From NCBI GenBank assembly GCA_964653455.1, contig CAZZFK010000002.1:82246-146245 (forward strand): a stretch of 64,000 bases of DNA, read 5' to 3'. The DNA is from an uncultured bacterium. Its GTDB lineage: Bacteria; Margulisbacteria; Termititenacia; CAZZFK01. The translations under genes and the position numbers were made by a program. Positions 39,105-50,182 of this stretch are shown one piece after another. The notes under the pieces are model-generated. The model had not been told where the DNA came from. It saw nothing but the letters and a program-made list of their open reading frames with translations, and searched no databases. Position 1 is the first letter of the stretch, and the number at the start of each line of letters is the position of its first letter.

Positions 39105-39746
39105 ATGTACATGGACATGAAGATCATTGCATCGATACCGACCATGGACCAGGCAACTGCGTCCCCCGTCGCGTTCGAATATGACCAGGTCGCCCGGGAA
39201 TTCATCGATATCATCCACGACCATGGGATCCGCGACCATGAGCTCTCTTTGTTCCTCGACATACGTGCGACGACCCAGCAGCTCATTGGCCATATGCCGA
39301 ACGGTCGTAACGCGTCCTTCCGGCGCTCTGTTCTCACCCCCTCTTTTTTCATGAGCTCCTCCTGGACCGCTTTTTGTGCGTTCTCCGGGGTGACGCCCCA
39401 TGTCCCACTACTGTTCACGGCAGGCACCTCTTTCGGTATCCTTCTGTTCCTTTTTTGCGGAGCGGCATTGCTACGCAAGAATGGCGAACAGCTCCTGTCC
39501 CGCATCGTTCAGGACCTCGTCGAGGTCATCAAGGAAAAGGACAGTGCACTAAAAGGCGTCGAACCCACGCCCCGCCGCTCCTATCTGTCCGCGGTCCGGC
39601 AGATCAAGGAACTTGTCCGGGGGCGGGGGGTCGTTCTCTCGGATGACATGCAACGCCTCATGTTCAAGCAGGCGATTCTGCGCGCGGACAGGGCCTTATC
39701 CCTCGAACAGATCCGGGTCCTGCTGCACGACTGCAGGCTCGAATAA
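39105..39746 (+). CDS. Hypothetical protein (213 aa)
   Basis: Fills the gap before uvrC. The C-terminal half looks protein-like. Overall the call is weak. Confidence 0.3.
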   Translation: MYMDMKIIASIPTMDQATASPVAFEYDQVAREFIDIIHDHGIRDHELSLFLDIRATTQQLIGHMPNGRNASFRRSVLTPSFFMSSSWTAFCAFSGVTPHVPLLFTAGTSFGILLFLFCGAALLRKNGEQLLSRIVQDLVEVIKEKDSALKGVEPTPRRSYLSAVRQIKELVRGRGVVLSDDMQRLMFKQAILRADRALSLEQIRVLLHDCRLE

Positions 39747-39792
39747 CGGCACAGAGCCCGCCTCTCCCCGGTATTTTTGATACAATACGAAC

Positions 39793-41583
39793 ATGAAGCT
39801 CTCAGACAAGCTCAGCACGCTCCCGGCCAGCCCCGGCGTCTACCTGATGAAAGATAAAGGCGGGAACATCATCTACGTCGGCAAGGCCAAGTCCATGCGC
39901 ACGCGGGTGCGTTCCTACTGGCGGGAACAGGATTCACCCAAGACGCAGCATCTGGTCTCAAAGATAAAAGACCTTGAGGTCATCACAACGCCGACAGAAC
40001 TTGATGCGCTCGTTCTTGAGAACACGTTGATAAAACAGTATCAGCCGTATTACAACATGCGGCTCAAGGACGACAAGCGCTATCCGTACCTCAAGGTCAC
40101 CGTGAACGAACAATATCCGCGGCTGATGATCGTCCGGAAATACCAGAACGACGGCGCGCGCTACTTCGGACCCTACACCGGGCGCAACATGATCCTCTCT
40201 GCCTTGCGGGAGCTGAGCACGGTCTTCAAGCTGCGCGACTGTACCTGGCCGAGCAATAAACTGCCCAAAAAGACCTGCCTGCAGTTCCAGATCAAGCGCT
40301 GTATGGGCCCGTGCGAATTCCCGGAGACCTCCGCCGAGTATCGAAAAAGTGTCGATGATCTTCTGCTCTTTCTCGAAGGCAAACAGCAACAGCTGCTCAA
40401 ACGGCTGGAAGCGGACATGCGCAGTGCCGCCGCTTCCGAACAGTTCGAAAAGGCCGCACTGCTTCGGGATAAAGTGGCCAAGATCGTTGCGATATTCCAG
40501 CGCCAGGGCATGGTCATCCCGACCGAAGCGGACGAGGACTATATCGTGTTCTTCGAACAGAACGGGGCCCCAGGTATCGACGTGCTCCAGGTCCGCGAAG
40601 GCAAGGTCCTCGCGAACGAGGTCATCTTTTTCACGGAAAGCCTCGATGACGAATCCCTCCTGGAGCGTCAGCTCATATCATATTATGAACGTAAGGGCAG
40701 TGTTCCGGACACGATCGTGACCGACCGACCGCTCTCCGATATCCCGCTGTTCGGAGAACTGCTGCAAAAACAGTTCAACAGAACGGTCTCGCTCCGTCAC
40801 GAACCGGAACATGAGCTCATCCGGATGGCACAAAGGAATATCGAGGTCGTGAAGATCCGCAATATCAAGGTCGCGGACGAGAACGCGCTCGAGGAATTGC
40901 AGCAAGCGCTTGAGATCGACTTTCTGCCCCGATACATCGAAGCCTATGATATCTCCAATACCGGAGGGTCCAATATCATCGGCGCAAAAGTGGTGTTCAA
41001 GGACGGCAAGCCCTGGAAAACGGCGTACCGGAAGTTCAATATCAAAAGTGTCACGGGAGACCCGAACGATTTCCAGTCCCTGCATGAAATGCTGACCCGC
41101 AGGTGCCAGCGCCTCGCGGAACAGGAAAGGCCGGAGGAAGCGGACAATGCTGCGCTCCCCCGACTTTTCCTGATAGACGGCGGCAAAGGACAGCTCGGCA
41201 TCGCCGAGAACGTCGTCAGGACGTTCAAGCTCGATATCCCGGTCATCAGTATCGCCAAAGAGCATGAAGATATCTATTACCAGGGCGGCCGGCTCATCCC
41301 GCTGCCCAAGAACTCGGCCGCACAAAAACTCCTGCAGCGTCTGCGCGACGAGGTCCATCGCTTCGGGATCACCGCCCATCGTCAAAAGAGGGCAAAGACG
41401 TCCTTCGCCTCCGTACTCGACGATATCCCGGGGGTCGGGCCGTCCGCAAGGACCGCCCTGCTCAAGAAGTTCACGGACATACACGGCATCTCGCGTGCCT
41501 CTCAAAAAGCCCTGGGGGAGGTCTTAAGTGCAAAGACCGCGGAAAGGGTCTATAATTATTTTCATGGGGGCCCTTCTCTCTGA
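39793..41583 (+). CDS. uvrC: Excinuclease ABC subunit C
   Basis: GIY-YIG N-terminus (PGVYLMKDKGGNIIYVGKA). C-terminal HhH domains. Confidence 0.9.
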   Translation: MKLSDKLSTLPASPGVYLMKDKGGNIIYVGKAKSMRTRVRSYWREQDSPKTQHLVSKIKDLEVITTPTELDALVLENTLIKQYQPYYNMRLKDDKRYPYLKVTVNEQYPRLMIVRKYQNDGARYFGPYTGRNMILSALRELSTVFKLRDCTWPSNKLPKKTCLQFQIKRCMGPCEFPETSAEYRKSVDDLLLFLEGKQQQLLKRLEADMRSAAASEQFEKAALLRDKVAKIVAIFQRQGMVIPTEADEDYIVFFEQNGAPGIDVLQVREGKVLANEVIFFTESLDDESLLERQLISYYERKGSVPDTIVTDRPLSDIPLFGELLQKQFNRTVSLRHEPEHELIRMAQRNIEVVKIRNIKVADENALEELQQALEIDFLPRYIEAYDISNTGGSNIIGAKVVFKDGKPWKTAYRKFNIKSVTGDPNDFQSLHEMLTRRCQRLAEQERPEEADNAALPRLFLIDGGKGQLGIAENVVRTFKLDIPVISIAKEHEDIYYQGGRLIPLPKNSAAQKLLQRLRDEVHRFGITAHRQKRAKTSFASVLDDIPGVGPSARTALLKKFTDIHGISRASQKALGEVLSAKTAERVYNYFHGGPSL

Positions 41584-42742
41584 CCGTCACATACAAGTTC
41601 GCAACACCAGGAAGACCGCGAACGGTCTTCTTGCGGGGCTTATGCTCATGCTCATCTTTTCCGTACCTGCACTGTGCCGGGCAGAAGAAGAGGTGGCCCC
41701 AAAGCGTCAGGAATTACAACAAATCAACACAGAGCTTCAACAAAAAAGGCTCGCACTGCAGCAGCTCAAACAAAAACAGGACCATACGCTGCGCAACCTC
41801 GCGGTCATAAACCGCAGACTGCAAAGCACCCAGCACGAATTGAGCTATGCGGACACACAGCTCAAATACCATGAACAGCTCATCTCGCACAGCCAGAAAG
41901 AGCTTCATGACCTCAAGGAGAACTATGCGATGCGCAAGATCCTGCTGGAAAAGCGGCTCCGCGATATCTACAAAGAGAACCGCATGGGGTATCTGGTTCT
42001 GCTGTTCTCCTCCTCATCCATGAGCGACTTTATCAACCGGTCCTTGTACCTGGAAAAAATACTGGGGCAGGACGTCGCCATACTGCAGCAGCTCTCGTCC
42101 CAGCAGGACCAGATATCCCGGAAAGAAAAGGACCTCAAGGTACGTTACTCCCAGATAAACGAGATCCGCAGCGTGTTCAAACAACGCAAACAGCAGTTCC
42201 AGTCCCAACAGGCGCTCCAGAGCAAGGTCTACTACGATATCGCGCGTAAACGGCAGGAGTATGAACGGCAGATAGCGGAGCTTGAGCGCAATTCCAAAGA
42301 GATCGAGAACATGATCGTCCGGCTGCTCTCTATCGGGCAAGGCTCCGCGGTACGCGGCAGCGGACAGTTCATTTGGCCGGTACGCGGACAGATCACCTCC
42401 GGGTACGGGTATCGGAAGCACCCGATATTCCGCTCGATCAAGTTCCACTCAGGCCTTGATATCGGAGTACGCTACGGCACCGCGATCGCTGCGGCTGACG
42501 GCGGCAAGGTACTGTTCACCGGGTGGTGGGGCGGCTATGGCCTGGCGACGATCATCGACCACGGGAACGGCTTCTCCACGGTCTACGCCCATCAATCGAA
42601 GACCTACATAAAAAAAGGACAGCAAGTGCAGAAAGGGCAGACCATCGGCGCCATCGGTTCCACCGGATACAGCACCGGACCGCACCTGCATTTTGAGATC
42701 CGCAAGAACGGAGCAACGACCAATCCCTTACGGTTCCTGTAG
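41564..42742 (+). CDS. Coiled-coil M23 peptidase (EnvC/NlpD-like murein hydrolase or activator)
   Basis: The C-terminal M23 domain carries the HxxxD...HLHFE motifs (HSGLDI ... GPHLHFEI). A long Q-rich coiled coil is present. The probable start is ATG 41564 (signal anchor); the track ORF starts at 41528, overlapping uvrC. Confidence 0.75.
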   Translation: MGALLSDRHIQVRNTRKTANGLLAGLMLMLIFSVPALCRAEEEVAPKRQELQQINTELQQKRLALQQLKQKQDHTLRNLAVINRRLQSTQHELSYADTQLKYHEQLISHSQKELHDLKENYAMRKILLEKRLRDIYKENRMGYLVLLFSSSSMSDFINRSLYLEKILGQDVAILQQLSSQQDQISRKEKDLKVRYSQINEIRSVFKQRKQQFQSQQALQSKVYYDIARKRQEYERQIAELERNSKEIENMIVRLLSIGQGSAVRGSGQFIWPVRGQITSGYGYRKHPIFRSIKFHSGLDIGVRYGTAIAAADGGKVLFTGWWGGYGLATIIDHGNGFSTVYAHQSKTYIKKGQQVQKGQTIGAIGSTGYSTGPHLHFEIRKNGATTNPLRFL

Positions 42743-42793
42743 CGAAGGGGCCGCACCTGTACAAGCGCCCATGTCGATCTTCGCTGTATTTCC

Positions 42794-43081
42794 GTGTTCT
42801 CTTCCGTTACAATCGGACACATGGAACATAAACTTGTCTCGTTCCTGCATGATCCGGACCTTTCTCTTGAAAAAAGAGCGCGCAGGATATTGCGCATACT
42901 GCTCGAGGGTTCGTTCACAAAAGAATTCGTTAAAGAGCTTCGGGCCGCATATCACGATCCACGGCATACAGCCCTGTTCGAACAGCTGGGGCACGAACTG
43001 TACTTAAAGAACCATGTCTGTCCTGCGAACCAGGCAAAGATCATAACCCGGTTCAATGACATCATCGGACCAAAGGGTTAA
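42794..43081 (+). CDS. Small hypothetical protein (95 aa)
   Basis: ORF between the M23 peptidase and ctpA. Weak. Confidence 0.25.
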   Translation: MFSSVTIGHMEHKLVSFLHDPDLSLEKRARRILRILLEGSFTKEFVKELRAAYHDPRHTALFEQLGHELYLKNHVCPANQAKIITRFNDIIGPKG

Positions 43082-43153
43082 GGGATGCGCCTCTGTGCCC
43101 GCACCTGCCGGACCCTTCTCGCTTCCCGAACTAAATGTTAGGATAGAGCGGAC

Positions 43154-44383
43154 ATGAACAACAAGATCAAGATCTCGATCGCCATCATCCTTCTCGTCAT
43201 ATCCGGAACGCTGTTCGGTTCCTACGTCAACACGAAGCTTGAAGCGGCCCCGACAGAAAGCAACTGGGGGCTCATCTATCAGGTCCTCGACATCATCAAG
43301 ACCCAGTACGTCAAAAAAAGCGTGGACGATCAGCAGCTCATTTACGGCGCGATCAAAGGCATGCTCAAAGCGCTCGAGGACCCGTATTCCCGGTTCATGG
43401 AGCCGAAAGCTTTTGAAGAGATGCAGATCCGCCTCGACGGAAAGTTCGCCGGCGTCGGGATCCAGCTCGGGATCAAGCAGGACCATCTCACCGTTATCGC
43501 CCCGATCGAAGGGACCCCTGCGGCCAAGGCCGGCGTAAAAGCCCTCGACCGCATCATAAAGATAGACGGCGCCAGCACCGACGGCATGTCGCTCGAAGAG
43601 GCCGTGAGCCGCATCCGGGGAACACGCGGTACGGTCGTAACGCTCACCATGATGCGTGCGACCAAAAAAGAACCGTTCGACCTGCGCCTGGTCCGCGATA
43701 CGATCAAGATCAAGAGCATCCCCAAAGTGAAAATGGTGGACCCGCGTTACAAGATCGGGTACATACAGCTCGCCACCTTTGAGAACAAGACCGCGCCGCT
43801 TGAAATGGAAGAAGCGCTCACCGAGCTCGAAAATGACGATGTGCGCGCCCTCATTCTCGACCTGCGTAATGACGGCGGAGGGCTCCTGCGCAATGCCGTC
43901 GATATCGGGAGCATGTTCATAAAGAGCGGGGCTATCGTTCACACCGTTGATCGTGAAGGGAACAAAGAGACCCTCGAGGTCGTAGCCGTTCAAAAGACCT
44001 GCTATAAAATACCCCTGATCGTCCTGATCAATGAAGGCAGTGCTTCCGCTTCCGAGATCCTGGCCGGGGCCATTCTGGACCATGGCCGCGGTACCCTGGT
44101 CGGGTCCCGCTCTTTCGGGAAAGCGTCCGTCCAGAACATCCGTCCGCTGACCGACGGGTCCGCCGTGCTCATCACCGTAGCGAAATATCTGACCCCTAAA
44201 GGCATCAACATAAGCGATCACGGCATATCACCGAACGTGTTCATCCAGGTCCCGACCGCCACTATCGAAGCGGCCATGAAGGACAACTACGAATATAAAG
44301 AAGAGATAGATAACCAGCTGCAAGAGGCCATCAAGATCCTGCGCAAGAAGCTCCGGAAGCCCGTGGTCTCATCAAAAAAATAA
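43154..44383 (+). CDS. ctpA: Carboxyl-terminal processing protease (S41 family)
   Basis: N-terminal signal anchor. PDZ domain. S41 catalytic region (...GSASASEILAGA...K...). Confidence 0.85.
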   Translation: MNNKIKISIAIILLVISGTLFGSYVNTKLEAAPTESNWGLIYQVLDIIKTQYVKKSVDDQQLIYGAIKGMLKALEDPYSRFMEPKAFEEMQIRLDGKFAGVGIQLGIKQDHLTVIAPIEGTPAAKAGVKALDRIIKIDGASTDGMSLEEAVSRIRGTRGTVVTLTMMRATKKEPFDLRLVRDTIKIKSIPKVKMVDPRYKIGYIQLATFENKTAPLEMEEALTELENDDVRALILDLRNDGGGLLRNAVDIGSMFIKSGAIVHTVDREGNKETLEVVAVQKTCYKIPLIVLINEGSASASEILAGAILDHGRGTLVGSRSFGKASVQNIRPLTDGSAVLITVAKYLTPKGINISDHGISPNVFIQVPTATIEAAMKDNYEYKEEIDNQLQEAIKILRKKLRKPVVSSKK

Positions 44384-44493
44384 CGACTGCTGCGCCGACC
44401 GCACCGTGCGCATACTCGATGAAATTTCCTGTACGTCGGTCCGATAATACAACATAGTTCTGAGCGATATATTTCAGAAAAGGAGCCTACGCA

Positions 44494-45087
44494 ATGTTCA
44501 ACAAGCTCATCAGTGATACAGGAAAAGAGACCGCGCTCACACAGGACCTCCTGGAAGCGCACACAATCGCAGAGAACATGCGCAGAAGAACATCTTCCGA
44601 GTGCGCGCTCATCCTGGAAACGCTGCACACAATGCCGCACAAGGCCAACATGGTACTGGGGATGCTCGACCCGAAATTCGCCGGAACGGTCCTTGCCAAG
44701 TGCACCCCGGCCTTTTGCGAACGGTTCTGGTCCGCCACGGAATTGAACGGAAAAGCGTTCCGCCTAGAATTCGCGCTGGGACCGGACACCGTGACCCTGT
44801 TCCTGAGAACGGATCCCGCCCTCTGGACCGACCTGATCAATACCATGTCCGAACACACGGCATCGTTCCTGATCAATCATATCTGCTGGAACTATCGGGA
44901 ACATGTTGACGCCATGCGTGCCGTGCTATTGGCTCTTCCTCAGCGTAAAAGGACGCTGCTCGCGGAACATTGGATCGACGGCACCGTTCTCCCCCTGCTG
45001 TTCAACACGTTCAATACCTTTCAGTTCAACACCCTGCTCGGGGTCAATGACCCGAACAGCCGTCTGCCGCAAAAAAGAAATTATTGA
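44494..45087 (+). CDS. Hypothetical protein (197 aa)
   Basis: ORF convergent with relA. The overlapping antisense ORFs look spurious. Confidence 0.35.
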   Translation: MFNKLISDTGKETALTQDLLEAHTIAENMRRRTSSECALILETLHTMPHKANMVLGMLDPKFAGTVLAKCTPAFCERFWSATELNGKAFRLEFALGPDTVTLFLRTDPALWTDLINTMSEHTASFLINHICWNYREHVDAMRAVLLALPQRKRTLLAEHWIDGTVLPLLFNTFNTFQFNTLLGVNDPNSRLPQKRNY

Positions 45088-45088
45088 G

Positions 45089-47248
45089 CTATGTCGGGCT
45101 CGGGCGTGAGACCTCGATGACATCGGACACATTGGCGCGGATGCGCTTCATGATGTCCTTCAGGTGTGAAAGATCTTTTATGTCCACGACCAGTTTCGCT
45201 ATGACGACGCTGTTCGGGAGCGTACGCGCCGAGGCTTCCCGCAGGTTCGTTTTTGCTTCGCTGATCTGATTAAGGATATCCTTCACAATACCGACACGGT
45301 CGAACGCCTTGATCTCTATCTCGACCGGGTACATTGACGTGCTGTTCGACTCCCATTGTACCGCCACCTGCTGAAGATCGTTCTTGTTCCTGATGTTCGG
45401 ACAATTGGCGCGATGTATCGATATGCCATGACCCTTGGTGACGACCCCGATGATATCGTCGCCCGGGAGAGGCGTGCAGCACTTCGCGAGCCTGGTCAGC
45501 ACATCGCGGACCCCTACGACCGCCACGCCTTTAGCGCTCGCTGCGGCCGGGGCCGAGATATCCTGCTTTTTCTCCAGGAGCTTTTCATCTACGGTCTGTG
45601 CCGAGTGCTCAATGATCTCTTTTAATGTCTTGGCCGCCAACAGCGGAGAGATCTCCCCGTGCCCTATCGCCACGAAAAGTTCCTCCGGGCCTTTGAGCCC
45701 GAACCGCCTGGAGAGCTGCTCCATATTCTCGTCCGTATACTGGGATTGGTCGAGCAGCACGGTGTAGCCAGCTTTATACAGCGCATCCCTCCCCAGCTGC
45801 ATGTTCTCGTCCTTTTGTTGTCGATGGAACCAGTTCTTGACCTTGGTACGCGCGCCGCTGGTCACGATGAACGAGAGCCAGTCGAGGCTCGGTTTTTCCT
45901 TATTGGAGGTCATGATCTCGATGATATCCCCGTTCTGAAGCACGTGATCGAGCGGCTGCATCTTGCCGTTCACCTTTGCGCCGATACAGCGATGCCCGAC
46001 CTGCGTATGGATATGGTACGCAAAATCGACCGGCGTAGCCCCTGCCGGGAGATTATGCACGTCACCTTTCGGAGTGAACACGAACACTTCGTCGGTGAAC
46101 AGGTCCACCTTCAGGTTCTCCATGAAGGTCTTGGCGTCCTCCTTCTGCCAATCGAACAGCTGCCGGAGCCACGCGAACTTCTCCGCCGCCTTTTCACTGG
46201 CGGTGACCTCGCCTTCTTTATATCGCCAGTGCGCCGCGATCCCGTACTCCGCGACCCGGTGCATATCGTGGGTCCTGATCTGTATCTCTACAGGGCGTCC
46301 CTGCGGCCCGATGACACCGGTATGCAGTGACTGGTACATGTTCGACTTGGGGACCGCGATATGATCGGCGAACTTGTGTTGAATGGGTTTCCAATGCTCA
46401 TGGATGATGCCGAGGACCGCATAACAGGCCCGTACATCATTGACGATGACCCTCACGGCCAAAAGATCGTACAGGGAGTCGAAAGAAAGGTTCTGGGTGC
46501 GCATCTTGCGGCAGATACTGTAGAAGTGTTTCGGCCGACCATACACATCGGCAGCTATCGCGTTCCGGGAAAGCAGCGTTTTCAGTTCCGTGATGAACGC
46601 CTCCAGGTAGTTCTCGCGCGCTTCACGTTTTTCGGCGACCTTGCTCTTGATATCTTGAAAGGCGTCGGGTTCAAGATACCGGAAAGAAAGGTCCTCAAGC
46701 TCCCACTTCACGGACCCCATGCCGAGCCGGTGGGCGAGCGGCGCGTAGATCTCTTTTGTCTCAAGGGCGATGGAATGCTGCTGTTCCGGAGAGAGATAGT
46801 GGAGGGTCCTCATATTGTGCAGGCGGTCGGCGAGCTTGATGATGACCACCCTGATATCCTTGGCCATGGCGATGAACATCTTCCGCAGGTTCTCCGCCTG
46901 CTGTTCTTCACGGCTGGCAAAAGAGAACTGGCTCAGTTTCGTGACCCCGTCCACAAGCTCGGCGATATCTTTGCCGAATTCCTTCTCGATCGCGACGAGC
47001 GGCACATCCTGGTCCTCAACGACATCGTGCAGGAGCGCCGCCGCTATCACCGTGCAGTCCTGGTCCAGCTCAGCAAGGATCAGTGCTACCTGCAAGGGAT
47101 GCGTAATGAACGCCTCTCCCGACCTGCGCTTCTGCCCGCTGTGCGCTTTTTCCGCGAAAGTATATGCACGTCGTACGAGAGCCTCGTTCGGGTCTTTTAT
47201 ATAGGCCCGTACCTTTTCGAGGATGATATCGACGGTGATCTCAGCCAC
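45089..47248 (-). CDS. relA: Bifunctional (p)ppGpp synthetase/hydrolase RelA/SpoT (Rel)
   Basis: HD domain (HPLQVALILAEL...HDVVED). Synthetase, TGS and ACT regions. 719 aa. Confidence 0.9.
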   Translation of the reverse strand: MAEITVDIILEKVRAYIKDPNEALVRRAYTFAEKAHSGQKRRSGEAFITHPLQVALILAELDQDCTVIAAALLHDVVEDQDVPLVAIEKEFGKDIAELVDGVTKLSQFSFASREEQQAENLRKMFIAMAKDIRVVIIKLADRLHNMRTLHYLSPEQQHSIALETKEIYAPLAHRLGMGSVKWELEDLSFRYLEPDAFQDIKSKVAEKREARENYLEAFITELKTLLSRNAIAADVYGRPKHFYSICRKMRTQNLSFDSLYDLLAVRVIVNDVRACYAVLGIIHEHWKPIQHKFADHIAVPKSNMYQSLHTGVIGPQGRPVEIQIRTHDMHRVAEYGIAAHWRYKEGEVTASEKAAEKFAWLRQLFDWQKEDAKTFMENLKVDLFTDEVFVFTPKGDVHNLPAGATPVDFAYHIHTQVGHRCIGAKVNGKMQPLDHVLQNGDIIEIMTSNKEKPSLDWLSFIVTSGARTKVKNWFHRQQKDENMQLGRDALYKAGYTVLLDQSQYTDENMEQLSRRFGLKGPEELFVAIGHGEISPLLAAKTLKEIIEHSAQTVDEKLLEKKQDISAPAAASAKGVAVVGVRDVLTRLAKCCTPLPGDDIIGVVTKGHGISIHRANCPNIRNKNDLQQVAVQWESNSTSMYPVEIEIKAFDRVGIVKDILNQISEAKTNLREASARTLPNSVVIAKLVVDIKDLSHLKDIMKRIRANVSDVIEVSRPSPT

Positions 47249-47249
47249 G

Positions 47250-47762
47250 TCAATAATGGATAAAACTGGTGAGCGGCATGTTCGGCAGCTTTTTTCTCGC
47301 GCTCAAGAAATCAAGTTCTATAAGGAAGACCCCGCCGGCAACGGTCGCTCCCGCCTTCTCCAAAAGTCGTGCCGCCGCCCCGACGGTCCCTCCGGTCGCG
47401 AGCAGGTCATCGATGATGACGACCTTTTGCCCCTTGCTCACCGCGTCCGTGTGTATGGTCAATGTATCTGTCCCGTATTCCAAGGCATAGGTCTCTTCTA
47501 TGGTCTTATACGGAAGTTTTCCTTTCTTCCTGACCGGGATGAAACCGAGCTTAAGTTTCTCTGCTATCGCCGAGCCGAAGATGAACCCGCGGGCCTCAAC
47601 GGCGGCTATCAGGTCCGGCGCATAGGCACGGCAGCCTTCCGCCAGGAGCTCCACGGCATGTTTGAACGCCTTAGGCTCTTTGAGCAGCGGAGTGATGTCC
47701 TTGAACAGTATCCCCGGTTTCGGATAATCCGGGATATCGCGAATATACTCATTGAGGTCCAT
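47250..47762 (-). CDS. apt: Adenine phosphoribosyltransferase
   Basis: PRTase motif VVIIDDLLATGGT. Confidence 0.9.
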   Translation of the reverse strand: MDLNEYIRDIPDYPKPGILFKDITPLLKEPKAFKHAVELLAEGCRAYAPDLIAAVEARGFIFGSAIAEKLKLGFIPVRKKGKLPYKTIEETYALEYGTDTLTIHTDAVSKGQKVVIIDDLLATGGTVGAAARLLEKAGATVAGGVFLIELDFLSARKKLPNMPLTSFIHY

Positions 47763-47805
47763 GTTCTACCCCTTTCGATCGAAAGATCACCGCATAGTGA
47801 CCGGC

Positions 47806-49524
47806 TCAGGTGTTGCTCTCGGGGAACCGCATATCGATCAGGCTCAACTGAGGCCGTTTCTCCCCGTTCCATTCATTGAACTCGAGCGTGAACGCCAGCT
47901 CAAGTTTTTTCCCCGTACGTACGGAAAGGATTTTAGCATATTTACCCAGACCGAAACCTATCGAATCAAAGGTCTCATTGCCATATGCGAACGTGCATTT
48001 GAGGTGTGAACCGTCGCCTACCTGCCTGAAATCAAGAAGGTCCAGCGCGCTCGAACAAAAGACCGGAACGCTATTGCCCTGGCCGAAGGGAGCCAGGCGT
48101 TCGAGCTCATGGACGAAGGACGTATTGATATGTTCCCCTGGCAAGGCCATATCGATCGATAATTGCGGGGATAATGCCTGGGGATCGACGGTCCTGTTCA
48201 TGGTCCCGATGTAACGGGTCTTGAACACCTCAATGTTCCTCGCGGGGATCTCGAACCCTGCCGCTTCCTGGTGACCGCCGAAATTAATGAAAAGATCGCC
48301 GCACTCTTTCAGTGCCGCAAAGATATCAACAGATTCAGGGCTTCTGATCGAACCGCGTGCATTCTCGCCTTCGATCGAGATCAAGACGATCGGCCGATTA
48401 TAGGCACGAACAAGCTGGGAGGCCGCAATGCCGGTCACTCCCGGGTTCCAGCCGTCCTTGCAGAGCACGATCACCTTATCGTTGAGCATGTCCGGCGCCG
48501 CCTCGATGAGCGCTTTGGCATCTTCGAATATCTTATTGCTCACTTCCTGCCGTTTTTTGTTCAGCACGTCCAATTGCGCCGCATACGGAGCGGCCTCTTC
48601 CTGGCTCTTGGCAAGCAGTAGTTCGACCGCGATCTCGGCTTTCTCCAGCCGTCCGGCCGCATTGATGCGCGGGGCCAGCATGAAGCCGATGCTCCGTGTC
48701 GAGACATGTTTGTTCTGTTTAAGCCCCGCCGTTCTCTTCAGGGCCGCGATCCCCGGCCACACGGTCTGCGCGAGCCGCTTGAGCCCGAAATGGACGAGCG
48801 TGCGGTTCTCGCCGATGAGCGGGACCATATCGGCAACGGTGCCCAGCGTCACCAGGTCCAGATATTTCTCGGTCTCCGAGAGCTCATGCCCAAAGGACAG
48901 GTACAGCGCCTGTGCGAACTTGAACGCGACCCCGACCCCCGCCAAAAAATAATAGGCCGTCCCCGTCCGGCCGCATTTCGGGTCAATGATGGCGTGTGCG
49001 TTCGGCAGTGTGTCCGGGCTATTATGGTGGTCCGTTACTATGGTCTTAATACCTTTTTGTTCGGCGTAATTGATCTCATGGGGATCGCTAATGCCGCAAT
49101 CGACCGTGACCATCCAGGAAACACCTTCGCGGGCCAGCGCATCTATGGCCTCCGTGTTTAGGCTGTATCCTTCATGATAGCGGTGCGGGATGTAATAGCG
49201 CACGTCCGCCCCGAGTTCGCGAAGGGTCGATACGAGCACGGCGGTCGCGGTCACCCCGTCGACATCATAATCCCCGTAGATGCATATCTTTTCTTTATGG
49301 CGTACTGCTTCGGACAACGCGGAGACCGCCTCCGCGATACCGGGTATCGTCCTGGGATCGGACAGTTCCGCCATCGAAGGGTTCAGGAATTTTTCCGCAT
49401 GTTCGGTCGACGTGATCCCGCGCAACGCGAGCAGCGACTGCACGGTATCGGACAGGCCCAGGCGTTCGTCAAAGGACGGGGACACTGCATGATTGCCGGA
49501 ACGTATCTGCCACTTTTTTTCCAT
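47806..49524 (-). CDS. recJ: Single-stranded-DNA-specific exonuclease RecJ
   Basis: DHH (ICIYGDYDVDGVT... DHH) and DHHA1 motifs. A recJ-apt-relA arrangement. Confidence 0.85.
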   Translation of the reverse strand: MEKKWQIRSGNHAVSPSFDERLGLSDTVQSLLALRGITSTEHAEKFLNPSMAELSDPRTIPGIAEAVSALSEAVRHKEKICIYGDYDVDGVTATAVLVSTLRELGADVRYYIPHRYHEGYSLNTEAIDALAREGVSWMVTVDCGISDPHEINYAEQKGIKTIVTDHHNSPDTLPNAHAIIDPKCGRTGTAYYFLAGVGVAFKFAQALYLSFGHELSETEKYLDLVTLGTVADMVPLIGENRTLVHFGLKRLAQTVWPGIAALKRTAGLKQNKHVSTRSIGFMLAPRINAAGRLEKAEIAVELLLAKSQEEAAPYAAQLDVLNKKRQEVSNKIFEDAKALIEAAPDMLNDKVIVLCKDGWNPGVTGIAASQLVRAYNRPIVLISIEGENARGSIRSPESVDIFAALKECGDLFINFGGHQEAAGFEIPARNIEVFKTRYIGTMNRTVDPQALSPQLSIDMALPGEHINTSFVHELERLAPFGQGNSVPVFCSSALDLLDFRQVGDGSHLKCTFAYGNETFDSIGFGLGKYAKILSVRTGKKLELAFTLEFNEWNGEKRPQLSLIDMRFPESNT

Positions 49525-49592
49525 GAGGTTTTATTCTCGTCAAAAGCACCGGTCCGTCCAAAGAGAACTGAAAGACCGCCGCGATCTGTTTA

Positions 49593-50078
49593 TTATTTCG
49601 TCCGGACCAGCATAAGCACCTGGCCGAACTCGACCGGACTACCGTTGTTGACCATGATCTTTTCTATCGTACCGGACACGTCCGCTTCTATTTCATTGAA
49701 CATTTTCATCGCCTCGATGATGCATACCGGCGCACCTTTACCGACATCTTTACCGACATCAACGAACGGCGGCGCATCGGGGCTCGGGGAGCGATAGAAC
49801 GTCCCGACCATCGGCGATTTGATAGGCACCAGGTTCTTATCAGCTTCTTCTTTTTTAACGGTCGCAGTCACAGCCTCTTGTGCAGCGGCCGGTGCATGGA
49901 GCGGCTGCACATGGTGCTGTACCGGAGGGGCCACCACGGCACCGACATGCGCGTGAGGCATGACCGACATCGTTTCTTTTTTGATCTCGATCTTTACCCC
50001 GTTATCTTCGATAGCGAGCTCGGATATCTCCGCGCTCTCCACCAGCTTGATGAGTTTTTTAATATTGTTCAGGTCCAT
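49593..50078 (-). CDS. accB: Biotin carboxyl carrier protein (biotinyl domain protein)
   Basis: The C-terminal EAMKMFNEIE contains the biotinylation motif (A)MKM. No accC partner is adjacent. Confidence 0.7.
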   Translation of the reverse strand: MDLNNIKKLIKLVESAEISELAIEDNGVKIEIKKETMSVMPHAHVGAVVAPPVQHHVQPLHAPAAAQEAVTATVKKEEADKNLVPIKSPMVGTFYRSPSPDAPPFVDVGKDVGKGAPVCIIEAMKMFNEIEADVSGTIEKIMVNNGSPVEFGQVLMLVRTK

Positions 50079-50182
50079 GCCTCTCTCCTTACTACAGTAC
50101 TGTGGTGAGTATTGTACCGAACAGCGCGGGTTTGTTCAATGAAATAGTACGTTCCCAGAGCGTTCCTGTGCCCGCCCCGCAG

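Noticed and set aside
39086-39505. 139-aa minus-strand ORF upstream of uvrC
   Set aside because: Trp/Ser/Met-rich with low complexity. It conflicts with a plus-strand ORF that has a more protein-like C-terminal half.
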